Part shown: positions 1-6,821 of the stretch, one piece after another | How the letters are laid out: each line of letters starts with the position of its first letter | Numbering within the stretch: the stretch's first letter is position 1 | Virus record (IMG/VR): IMGVR_UViG_3300022602_000055 | Source: an uncultured virus (IMG/VR IMGVR_UViG_3300022602_000055) | Taxonomy: Duplodnaviria; Heunggongvirae; Uroviricota; Caudoviricetes | Strand: one strand, 5' to 3' | Length of the DNA: 64,000 bases | Notes under the pieces: generated by a model | Seen by the model: only the letters and a program-made list of their open reading frames with translations | Told to the model about the DNA's origin: nothing | The model's database searches: none | Made by a program: the position numbers and the translations under genes

Positions 1-137
1 GAGAGTTGAAGCAGTTCAAAACGCTGACGCCAGAGCCTACTCTCACTATCAGCCATTGTATAGAGACCTTTTTGTCGTTCAATCTCCGAGTTTAATTCAG
101 CCACCTTCTTGAGATGGGTCTTCTTTAACATAATCAC
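1..137 (-). CDS. Partial hypothetical protein running off the window edge (possibly leaderless)
   Basis: Open frame GTG137/ATG131 MLKKTHLKKVAELNSEIERQKGLY...; TATAGT -10-like hexamer 6 nt upstream of GTG. Confidence 0.4.
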   Translation of the reverse strand, partial: MIMLKKTHLKKVAELNSEIERQKGLYTMADSESRLWRQRFELLQL

Positions 138-247
138 GGCTTTACTATAGCGCACATTGTTTGCAAGCTAAAGCCCGCTAGGTGTAGCCTTTAGGCAACT
201 GTGTCAGCATTTTAGGTGTTACCTACGGGTGAGACTCGGGGGCTTTC

Positions 248-297
248 CTGAGAATTGGCTGAATTAACTCTGGGGGGTGTCTGAGAATTGGCTGTGA
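248..297. repeat. 11-bp-phased CTGAGA-like box array
   Basis: CTG-starting units at 248, 259, 270, 281, 292; CTGAGAATTGGCTG occurs exactly twice. Confidence 0.75.
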
Positions 298-301
298 ATG
301 G

Positions 302-409
302 TTTATAACGATTTCGTTATCTAACCGTTACCGAATCGTTATAACAATCGGTGGCTTTTCGGGAATAAACGGCATAAGGTTCTATTTGTAAGCAAGCAAC
401 ACTGCTTAC
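302..409 (+). promoter_or_regulatory. Repeated early promoter module, copy 1 (GTTAY boxes, GTGG, -10 TAAGGT, 5' leader hairpin)
   Basis: Near-identical to 1984-2095 and 3331-3434; GTTAY at 316/327/338; -10 at 375-380; GTAAGCA/TGCTTAC hairpin. Confidence 0.8.
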
Positions 410-449
410 TTACCGCCTACCTAGTAGGCGTACTGAAAGGGGTAACTAG

Positions 450-707
450 ATGTCACATCTAGTAAATACTCTGTATCTCTTTGACGATACAGACCGTTTT
501 CGCGTCGATGTACAACACCTTGGCAAGGAAACAAACGATAAAGCCTTCTTTGTTACTTTCTATGTAGAAGGCAATAAAGTGTTCGAATTGGTGGATTCGC
601 GAGATGGCAAGGAGTTGCTGAAAGTGGCTGACGCGATTATGACAGCCTTAACTAAGGCTGACAAACTCCACGAAGCGGAACAATTCAATACAGTATCACT
701 AGCCTAG
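450..707 (+). CDS. Hypothetical early protein
   Basis: ORF with strong RBS GAAAGGGG, directly downstream of promoter module. Confidence 0.8.
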   Translation: MSHLVNTLYLFDDTDRFRVDVQHLGKETNDKAFFVTFYVEGNKVFELVDSRDGKELLKVADAIMTALTKADKLHEAEQFNTVSLA

Positions 708-781
708 TGGTTGGCTATCAGGCAGGGGTTCATCCCCTGCCTGGTGGGGAGCAACTAGGCTCCACAGAAAGGGGTAACAGT

Positions 782-943
782 GTGGAAAGCAACGAGTTCT
801 ACGCGGAGTGTAACAAGTGTGGTGACCCTCTCACCATCCATGAGAGTGACCGTGACGAAAACGGTTACTATCTCTGTCGAGACTGTGCTCTATCCAAAGC
901 AGGATACGAGCCTGGAGATGAAATCGGAGGTGAAGCAGCATGA
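782..943 (+). CDS. Small Zn-finger protein (CxxC...CxxC)
   Basis: Start moved to GTG782 after GAAAGGGGTAAC RBS; CNKC and CRDC motifs. Confidence 0.7.
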   Translation: MESNEFYAECNKCGDPLTIHESDRDENGYYLCRDCALSKAGYEPGDEIGGEAA

Positions 944-1206
944 GGGAGCCAATGTATAAGGCAGATTTAGTAAGTCTGCTGGATGTCAAGATTATCAATG
1001 ACACTCAAGAATTCGAGTGTAAGCATTGCGCCGAGTGGAAAGGTGAGGTGGAGTGCTATACCGAACCCGCTACCGAGTATACTGACATGTTCGGTGGCAG
1101 GGGTCACTATCAGGTACCAGTCCATGGCAATTGGTATCAGACGGAGTTTATCTGTCCGAAGTGTGGTCAGCAGAATGACTACGAAGATTTCGTAGCTGAA
1201 GACTAG
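940..1206 (+). CDS. Zn-ribbon hypothetical protein
   Basis: ATGA overlap with upstream gene; CKHC and CPKC. Confidence 0.75.
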   Translation: MREPMYKADLVSLLDVKIINDTQEFECKHCAEWKGEVECYTEPATEYTDMFGGRGHYQVPVHGNWYQTEFICPKCGQQNDYEDFVAED

Positions 1207-1222
1207 AAAGTGAGTTGCCATA

Positions 1223-1555
1223 ATGATTACACAAGAACGCGCAAAAGTTTTACTTGGTGCCTTGCAGATGATTGAGCACCTAGTTACGGCAGACCCTAGC
1301 GATACCCTTTCCATTGACGCATTCTGCCTTGTATGGAATGAAATAGCAGACATAGCCCAGCCTAGTAAGCAACTAGGCTCCAATGAAAGGGGTAACACAA
1401 TGCAGTACAAATTGTATGTGTTTGAAGACTTCGGTCAGGAATACTTGGTCGAGGTTAGTGAGTCAGGTAAGGCGAGCCTCAAGCTCCGTGAGAACGGTAG
1501 CTGGCAGGCTCCTATCTATCCAAAGCGTGTTGAGGAACATGAGTACTCACACTAA
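1223..1555 (+). CDS. Hypothetical protein; probably two in-frame genes (internal start ATG1400)
   Basis: ORF reads through the repeated stem-RBS unit at 1359-1399, which has its own in-frame ATG at 1400. Confidence 0.6.
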   Translation: MITQERAKVLLGALQMIEHLVTADPSDTLSIDAFCLVWNEIADIAQPSKQLGSNERGNTMQYKLYVFEDFGQEYLVEVSESGKASLKLRENGSWQAPIYPKRVEEHEYSH

Positions 1556-1727
1556 GCAGTACTACGCAGTACGCACAGTAGTGCGCTCCATCTTTTGGAG
1601 CGCACTACTCATTGGAACCTTTACTGGTGCAATGGAAGTAAGCCACTATTTAGATAGACACACAAAGCTTGTGCACTGTCATCAAGCTGACCTAGGTTGG
1701 GAGTGTGATACAACATGGAAAAGATAA
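1539..1727 (+). CDS. Small membrane protein
   Basis: GAGG RBS before ATG1539; hydrophobic stretch SIFWSALLIGTFTGAM. Confidence 0.65.
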   Translation: MSTHTKQYYAVRTVVRSIFWSALLIGTFTGAMEVSHYLDRHTKLVHCHQADLGWECDTTWKR

Positions 1728-1852
1728 TCTGGAGTAGCACCGTAACTGCTGACATGATAGGAATGCTTTCTGAAGATGAGAAAGCATCCTTGATTGAAAG
1801 TCTAGATGATGCAGTTATGCAAGTCTGCGAAGACTTCGGAATAGAAGGTTAG
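1715..1852 (+). CDS. Small acidic hypothetical protein (45 aa)
   Basis: Hand-translated MEKIIWSSTVTADMIGMLSEDEKASLIESLDDAVMQVCEDFGIEG; GGGAG RBS. Confidence 0.65.
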   Translation: MEKIIWSSTVTADMIGMLSEDEKASLIESLDDAVMQVCEDFGIEG

Positions 1853-1865
1853 TTACCCCTAACGC

Positions 1866-1897
1866 AATGAGCCCCGCGAGAGCGGGGCTCATTTGTT
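1866..1897 (+). terminator. Intrinsic terminator
   Basis: AATGAGCCCCGC-GAGA-GCGGGGCTCATT followed by TGTTT. Confidence 0.8.
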
Positions 1898-1983
1898 TGG
1901 GTTGGGCTATTGGGCTATGGCTGGCTGGTTATATTAGCTAGGCAACCAGCAAGCTGATAGCTAACAATAGCCCAACCCAAACA
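1894..1983. repeat. Rod hairpin element, copy 1
   Basis: TGTTTGGGTTGGGCTATTG...CAATAGCCCAACCCAAACA inverted repeat with paired interior. Confidence 0.9.
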
Positions 1984-2095
1984 TTTATAACATTTTCGTT
2001 ATCTATTCGTTATCAGTTCGTTACAACAATCGGTGGCTTATCTGTACTGACACGCGTATAGTTCTCTATGTAAGCAAGCGAGAGCGACACTTACA
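1984..2095 (+). promoter_or_regulatory. Repeated early promoter module, copy 2
   Basis: GTTAY at 1998/2009/2020; -10 TATAGT at 2057-2062; TGTAAG/CTTACA leader stem. Confidence 0.8.
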
Positions 2096-2142
2096 CGCGA
2101 GAGAGATGGTCTCTCTCGTTATCTCTGAAAGGAGATGTGCCC

Positions 2143-3189
2143 ATGGCACATGGTCTAGAGGAGCGTGCAGACGGCGGATACGCCTTTGCCCTACGCTCAA
2201 CCCCTGCATGGCATGGTCTAGGTACAGTATTCGACAAGGATGCTGATATCTCTACCTCCGACATGCTTTCAATGGCTCGTTTGGACAATTGGAATGTCCG
2301 CCTGGAGCCTGCCTTAATCCCCGCTGGTTACAATACCACGGGCGATTTGAACATGGTCGTGCGGGATAATCCCGACGGCAATGGTAACGATGTCCTCGCT
2401 GTAGTGGGCGAGCGTTACAATGTCTACCAAAACGAACAATTGTTCGAATTCGGTGACTCTATCCTCGACGGCGGTGCTGCTTGGGAGTCCGCTGGCTCTA
2501 TCAAAGGCGGTCGCCAAGTCTTCGGTTCGCTGGTCGTACCGAAAGAGTTCATTCTCGACCCTAAGGGAGCGAATGACAAGACTGTTACCTATCTCCTCGT
2601 GCATTCCTCGCACGATGGCAGTGCTGCTGTTCAAGCGATGATTACTCCCGTGAGAGTCGTCTGCCAAAACACCCTTGGTCTTGCTATCAATAGCAATAAG
2701 CGTCGCAAAGACGGCACCAAGCAGTCCTTCAAGCTTCGTCACACAAAGACGCTAGCCGCTAACATCGAGGTCGCTCGTACCGCACTTGGTCTCACCATGA
2801 ATTACATGGATGAGTTCGCCAAGCAAGCGCAAGCACTGTTTGAGACTACGGTCACGGACAAGCAGTGGAACGACATCATCACCACTCTCTATCCTCGCCC
2901 TGAGGTTGAGAAGGGTAAGAAATCTGGGGCTCTCACTCTCTGGGAGAACAAGATTGACCTCGTCAATGACTTGTATTTCAAGTCTCCGACCAACGAGAAT
3001 GTCAAAGGCACAGCCTGGGGCGCTCTCAATGCTCTGACTGAGCGCGTGGATTACTTCCGCGCCTCACGCGGTAACGATGGAGCCATCTCTGAGGCTAACA
3101 TCGCTGCTGCATCTGGGTTTGACTCCCAAGTCAATGCTGAGAAGAACCGTATCTTCTCCGCCATCAAGGAACTTACTCTCACTAAGTAA
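2143..3189 (+). CDS. DUF932 (phage/plasmid-like TIGR03299) family protein
   Basis: MAH...PAWHGLG, SHDGS, TPVRVVCQNTL and GTAWGALNALTE motifs; RBS GAAAGGAG. Confidence 0.9.
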   Translation: MAHGLEERADGGYAFALRSTPAWHGLGTVFDKDADISTSDMLSMARLDNWNVRLEPALIPAGYNTTGDLNMVVRDNPDGNGNDVLAVVGERYNVYQNEQLFEFGDSILDGGAAWESAGSIKGGRQVFGSLVVPKEFILDPKGANDKTVTYLLVHSSHDGSAAVQAMITPVRVVCQNTLGLAINSNKRRKDGTKQSFKLRHTKTLAANIEVARTALGLTMNYMDEFAKQAQALFETTVTDKQWNDIITTLYPRPEVEKGKKSGALTLWENKIDLVNDLYFKSPTNENVKGTAWGALNALTERVDYFRASRGNDGAISEANIAAASGFDSQVNAEKNRIFSAIKELTLTK

Positions 3190-3200
3190 GTAATCCTGAT

Positions 3201-3238
3201 AACAAGCAGCCTCGCCTTCGGGCGGGGCTGACTTGTTT
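3201..3238 (+). terminator. Intrinsic terminator (UUCG loop)
   Basis: CAGCCTCGCC-TTCG-GGCGGGGCTG followed by ACTTGTTT. Confidence 0.8.
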
Positions 3239-3328
3239 GGGTTGGGCTGTTATGGCTGTATGGCTGAGGCTGATAAAAAAAATAAAGCCGAAGCCATACA
3301 GCACTATATATAACAGCCCAACCCAAAC
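3235..3328. repeat. Rod hairpin element, copy 2
   Basis: GTTTGGGTTGGGCTGTTAT...ATAACAGCCCAACCCAAAC; inner GCTGTATGGCT/AGCCATACAGC. Confidence 0.9.
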
Positions 3329-3330
3329 CT

Positions 3331-3434
3331 TTTATAACGATTTCGTTATCTAACCGTTACCGTTTTGTTATAACAATCGGTGGAGAACTAGAGAGAAAGA
3401 GCATAAAGTTATCTATGTCAGCAAGTCGCTGGCA
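3331..3434 (+). promoter_or_regulatory. Repeated early promoter module, copy 3
   Basis: GTTAY at 3345/3356/3367; -10 TAAAGT at 3404-3409; TGTCAGC/GCTGGCA leader stem. Confidence 0.8.
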
Positions 3435-3451
3435 CAGTTAAAGGAGAAATT

Positions 3452-3922
3452 ATGACTCTAGTCATAGATGACCTCACTTGGGGTCAAGCCCGTCAAGTAA
3501 TTGACGAGGTAATTGCTAATTATGACGGAAGCGTTGGCAAACGTCAAGCAGAAGTCATTACCTATGCTATTAACCATGAGTTACAACTCAGGGATTATGT
3601 CATGGGTCTGCCTCTAAATTATGACTTAGATACCTGTCTAAGCATGGTTTTCAGTATCGCTGGGCAAGTAGATGAAGCCGAGCGTTACGCACTACTCACT
3701 ATCGCCTCATCTTGGGAGTATGAACTGGGCGATACAAAAGCAGCACTATCTTTACACAGTATTGTTAAGGAAGTAAGTCCTGCTTATAGCCTTAACAACC
3801 TTATTAAGCGAGTCATTGACGCAGGCTGGAGTGGCAATACTTTCACCAGTATGCGGAATGATTGTCACCCGAAAGTTGTTGAAGTTATAGATGAGCGGTT
3901 TGACTCTGTAATCTATCTCTAA
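3452..3922 (+). CDS. DUF4192-like protein
   Basis: LRD motif and C-terminal PAYSLNNLIKRVIDAGW resemble actinobacterial DUF4192. Confidence 0.6.
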   Translation: MTLVIDDLTWGQARQVIDEVIANYDGSVGKRQAEVITYAINHELQLRDYVMGLPLNYDLDTCLSMVFSIAGQVDEAERYALLTIASSWEYELGDTKAALSLHSIVKEVSPAYSLNNLIKRVIDAGWSGNTFTSMRNDCHPKVVEVIDERFDSVIYL

Positions 3923-3931
3923 ACAACACAG

Positions 3932-3962
3932 TTAAGACCTGAGCAAGTCTTAAAAAGGCTCA
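3932..3962 (+). promoter_or_regulatory. H-type pseudoknot leader, copy 1
   Basis: TTAAGAC/GTCTTAA stem; loop TGAGC pairs with GCTCA downstream. Confidence 0.65.
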
Positions 3963-3993
3963 ACACACCTACAACAAAAAGGAGAAGCAACAA

Positions 3994-4389
3994 GTGGAAA
4001 CACAAGACGCAGTACCTACGCAGAATTGCGTATCTGCCGAAGTTCATCAAGAACTTCAATCCCGCTATAACTATATAAACAACACTCTCGAAGCAAGTCG
4101 AGCAAGAATGAGCGACTTCGCTAACAAGGTAGATAACCTAAAAGACTACCTTATCGAGAACCGCGACGACCTCGGAGAACACGCTGAGGCTATCGCAAAC
4201 ATCTTCGATATCAAGATTACTAAGACCTATGATGTCTCGGTAACAGTAATATTTACCGCCACCATCGAGTCTGAGGAAGAGCCTGATGAGTCAGACCTTC
4301 AATACAATGTCACCCCTTCCATGTATTGGGGCTTTGAGGTAATTGAGGATAACTACGAAGTCACCGAAGCCTCGGTAGAAGAGCAGTAA
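3994..4389 (+). CDS. Acidic coiled-coil hypothetical protein
   Basis: ORF with AAGGAG RBS; strongly Asp/Glu-rich C-terminus. Confidence 0.8.
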   Translation: METQDAVPTQNCVSAEVHQELQSRYNYINNTLEASRARMSDFANKVDNLKDYLIENRDDLGEHAEAIANIFDIKITKTYDVSVTVIFTATIESEEEPDESDLQYNVTPSMYWGFEVIEDNYEVTEASVEEQ

Positions 4390-4398
4390 GATAGTTAA

Positions 4399-4427
4399 GC
4401 AACCTGAGCAAGTTGTAAAACTGCTCA
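4399..4427 (+). promoter_or_regulatory. H-type pseudoknot leader, copy 2
   Basis: GCAAC/GTTGT stem; identical loop CTGAGCAA; TGAGCA pairs with TGCTCA. Confidence 0.65.
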
Positions 4428-4460
4428 CCATAACAATACAACTAACAAAGGAGAAACAAA

Positions 4461-5012
4461 ATGGGACTAGATATGTATCTCTACGCAGAGAAGTATGTCA
4501 GTAAGAACGACTATTCCAATGTAAATGGTGAGTACACAAAGACTACTCGACCTGAGTACATGGATATCAAGAACGCCGCAGGTATGGGACACCTTCCTGA
4601 TACTGAGTTCGGTGGTATTACTGTTAAGGCGCAGATTGGGTATTGGCGCAAGGCTAATGCTATTCACGCATGGTTTGTGGATAACTGTGCTAACGGCGTT
4701 GATGAGTGCCAGCCTATCTATGTAGGTTGGGAAAGATTGACAGTATTGTTACAGGTCTGTCAGCAAGAGTTAGCAGTACTGACAGAGGCAGAGGTTGTGC
4801 CTCTAGTTACTGCTACTGCTAGTGCTAAGTCAGCACAATTTGAGAAGGCTCAGCCTGTCAGCACATCATTAGAGCCAAGAGAAGGTTTCTTCTTCGGCAG
4901 TACTGATAAGGACACGTGGTACATTGAAGACCTGAAGCATACAATAGAAATCCTTGAGAACGCTTTGGCGTTAGAGGATGACTACGAGATAACTTACCAA
5001 GCCAGTTGGTAA
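4461..5012 (+). CDS. Conserved phage hypothetical protein (MGLD...YWRKANAIH...YQASW type)
   Basis: Recognisable motif pattern of a widespread phage family; AAGGAG RBS. Confidence 0.8.
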   Translation: MGLDMYLYAEKYVSKNDYSNVNGEYTKTTRPEYMDIKNAAGMGHLPDTEFGGITVKAQIGYWRKANAIHAWFVDNCANGVDECQPIYVGWERLTVLLQVCQQELAVLTEAEVVPLVTATASAKSAQFEKAQPVSTSLEPREGFFFGSTDKDTWYIEDLKHTIEILENALALEDDYEITYQASW

Positions 5013-5029
5013 GATAGTTTTACATGGGA

Positions 5030-5114
5030 AACGGGATAGTTAATCTCCTTTCCTATCCTGTTATGGGCGTCAAGCATGAGGAGTCGGGGACCTCGTGCTT
5101 GGCGCCCTTTTTTT
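5030..5114 (+). ncRNA. Candidate 3'-UTR sRNA with anti-Shine-Dalgarno loop plus terminator
   Basis: 10-bp stem with loop TTAATCTCCTTTC, then a long hairpin and T7 tract. Confidence 0.5.
5065..5114 (+). terminator. Intrinsic terminator
   Basis: GGGCGTCAAGCATGAGG...CCTCGTGCTTGGCGCCC then TTTTTTT. Confidence 0.85.
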
Positions 5115-5139
5115 GTGCCCATTTACGGGTTAACAGTAT

Positions 5140-5223
5140 TGTTTGGGTTGGGCTTGGTTGATAATGGCTATTGAAAGCTTTTGCTTGTACAAGCCGTTTT
5201 TGCAACCAAGCCCAACCCAAACA
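5140..5223. repeat. Rod hairpin element, copy 3
   Basis: TGTTTGGGTTGGGCTTGGTTG...CAACCAAGCCCAACCCAAACA. Confidence 0.9.
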
Positions 5224-5262
5224 TCTCAGCGGACTCTCAGGAAACTCTCAGCCAGCTCACAG
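5224..5262. repeat. 11-bp-phased TCTCAG box array
   Basis: TCTCAG at 5224, 5235, 5246; TCACAG at 5257. Confidence 0.8.
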
Positions 5263-5268
5263 AGAGAT

Positions 5269-5332
5269 GTATAACGATTTGATAACAATTTGGTAACAAA
5301 AGCGTTATCAAAGAGTTATCAAATTGTTATAC
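5269..5332. repeat. Palindromic array of six 11-bp-phased RTAAC/GTTAT boxes
   Basis: ATAAC 5271, ATAAC 5282, GTAAC 5293, GTTAT 5304/5315/5326. Confidence 0.85.
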
Positions 5333-5371
5333 AAAACTATTGACTTTGGGAGAGGACTATGATATAGGGCT

Positions 5372-5642
5372 ACCCCTAGCGGGCTGAAGCCATAACAAGC
5401 CTGATAAGAGCCCGTAATAAGCCTGATAAGCGTGTCCCAGCCAGACCCAGCCGTGCCCGTACTGATAACCTCTCTCGCCTGAGAGATACTAAGACGGGCA
5501 AGGGTTAAAATTGTCGATAAAGAGATATAGCGATTAGTAGTCTTGGCAACTGTATGAGGCATGGTGGGGCTGTGTGTGGGAGAGGCCGAGTCTGGAGATG
5601 GGTTCGGCTGAAGGTATCTGATACGAGTTTGCGCTAGGGGGT
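5372..5642 (+). ncRNA. Candidate ~270-nt structured non-coding RNA (or structured DNA element)
   Basis: No credible ORF; closing helix CCCCTAGCG/CGCTAGGGG plus several internal helices with G-U pairs on the + strand. Confidence 0.45.
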
Positions 5643-5805
5643 GTGATATCTATACAGTTAAGAGATACGCTCCACGCTTAAGAGTTTGTCAGTACTGATA
5701 GCAGGCAGGCAGGAGCAAGGAAGATACTCTCTCTCTATCTATATAGTTAATACAGGAATAAGAAGATACCCTTTCGCGCCGATTATCAGGCTTACTAAGG
5801 CATAT

Positions 5806-5875
5806 ATAACGATTTGGTAACAATGTGCCAAAAGGGACTATTTCGTGTTGTGCTGGATTTGACAGGTGCTAGAGT
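5806..5875 (+). promoter_or_regulatory. Promoter with two RTAAC boxes and -10 TAGAGT
   Basis: ATAAC 5806 and GTAAC 5817; TAGAGT upstream of the GAAAGGGG RBS. Confidence 0.55.
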
Positions 5876-5902
5876 TGGTGTACTCACACGAAAGGGGTGT
5901 TC

Positions 5903-6343
5903 ATGGATACCAACGAGGTACTTCGCGAACTTTCAATGACACAAGGCTTCAATATGCCTGACGAACTGTACAAGTATTATCCCGACAATGTAGAACGAAC
6001 CTACTTCTCTATGCTGGTAAGTGCTATGGCTACTCGCCTGCTGGACTATAACTATGCTGATATGGTGGATGAAAACGCCATAGACGACATGATTAGTCAG
6101 ATTAGTAACCCTGACGATACCGACCCCTACCATGTCAATAAGTGGCGCAATGTAGATACGCTCCGCCTATGGGCTAGTACTGACCTTCAGACAATAGCCG
6201 AGGAGTGGGCGGATGAAAATATCGACCCTCTAGCCGATTATCTATTCCATATCTTGAACGGCTATATCTATGCGGCTAACTATATGGCTACCAATGCTGT
6301 TATCAACTACCTGACCCGTGACCTTATTAAGGCGGATATCTAA
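5903..6343 (+). CDS. Acidic hypothetical protein
   Basis: ORF; ATG5903 follows GAAAGGGG. Confidence 0.8.
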   Translation: MDTNEVLRELSMTQGFNMPDELYKYYPDNVERTYFSMLVSAMATRLLDYNYADMVDENAIDDMISQISNPDDTDPYHVNKWRNVDTLRLWASTDLQTIAEEWADENIDPLADYLFHILNGYIYAANYMATNAVINYLTRDLIKADI

Positions 6344-6501
6344 TGGATAGGTGGCACGCACACGCGCTTATCTGTACTGAGTGCGACTCTAGTTATGACC
6401 TGAACCTTAAGAATACTGAGATGATGGTAAGTATCAAGTGCGCTATCTGTACTGATACCGATTTACTCTATGTACTCCCACCTACCTTTATGGTGGACTA
6501 A
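6343..6501 (+). CDS. Small Zn-finger protein (52 aa)
   Basis: TAATG-coupled at both ends; CTEC and CAIC. Confidence 0.7.
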   Translation: MDRWHAHALICTECDSSYDLNLKNTEMMVSIKCAICTDTDLLYVLPPTFMVD

Positions 6502-6821
6502 TGCCTAAATATCCTAAGAAGTCTGTTCGCCTAGTTGATAATACAGGGAATATATGGGGAGAAGGTATTTTTACCGAAGCCCGAGTGCGCTCCCTTATCA
6601 AGTCCTATAACAAGGCTGGTATCTATCTGATGAACGCTACCGAGAACAAGTGTGTTTGCGAGCATGAATACGAGTCAGGCTGTGCCTGCTGTACGAACGA
6701 GTGCTCCCATTGGTGGGCGTGCGCTGTATGCGAAGAGTACTTCGACCCAGCGCAAGGTAACTTTGTCCGTGACGATATCTATACAGGCTATGTCTTTGTA
6801 TGTAATGGATGTGAGTCATGA
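6501..6821 (+). CDS. Cys-rich hypothetical protein
   Basis: ORF with multiple Cys clusters; coupled to neighbours. Confidence 0.7.
   Translation: MPKYPKKSVRLVDNTGNIWGEGIFTEARVRSLIKSYNKAGIYLMNATENKCVCEHEYESGCACCTNECSHWWACAVCEEYFDPAQGNFVRDDIYTGYVFVCNGCES

Noticed and set aside
1894..5223. Rod hairpins as integron attC sites (they contain GTTGGGC = GTTRRRY and GCCCAAC = RYYYAAC)
   Set aside because: The order is reversed relative to attC (RYYYAAC...GTTRRRY), the cassettes have their own promoters, and no integron integrase is in the window. Kept only as an analogy.
248..5452. Repeat arrays as a CRISPR or mini-CRISPR array
   Set aside because: Units are 5-12 bp at 11-bp phasing without 25-40-bp repeats and unique spacers; no cas operon.
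5397..5470. CTGATAA words as a hammerhead ribozyme core
   Set aside because: They do not match CUGANGA, and no properly placed GAAA or three-way junction was found.
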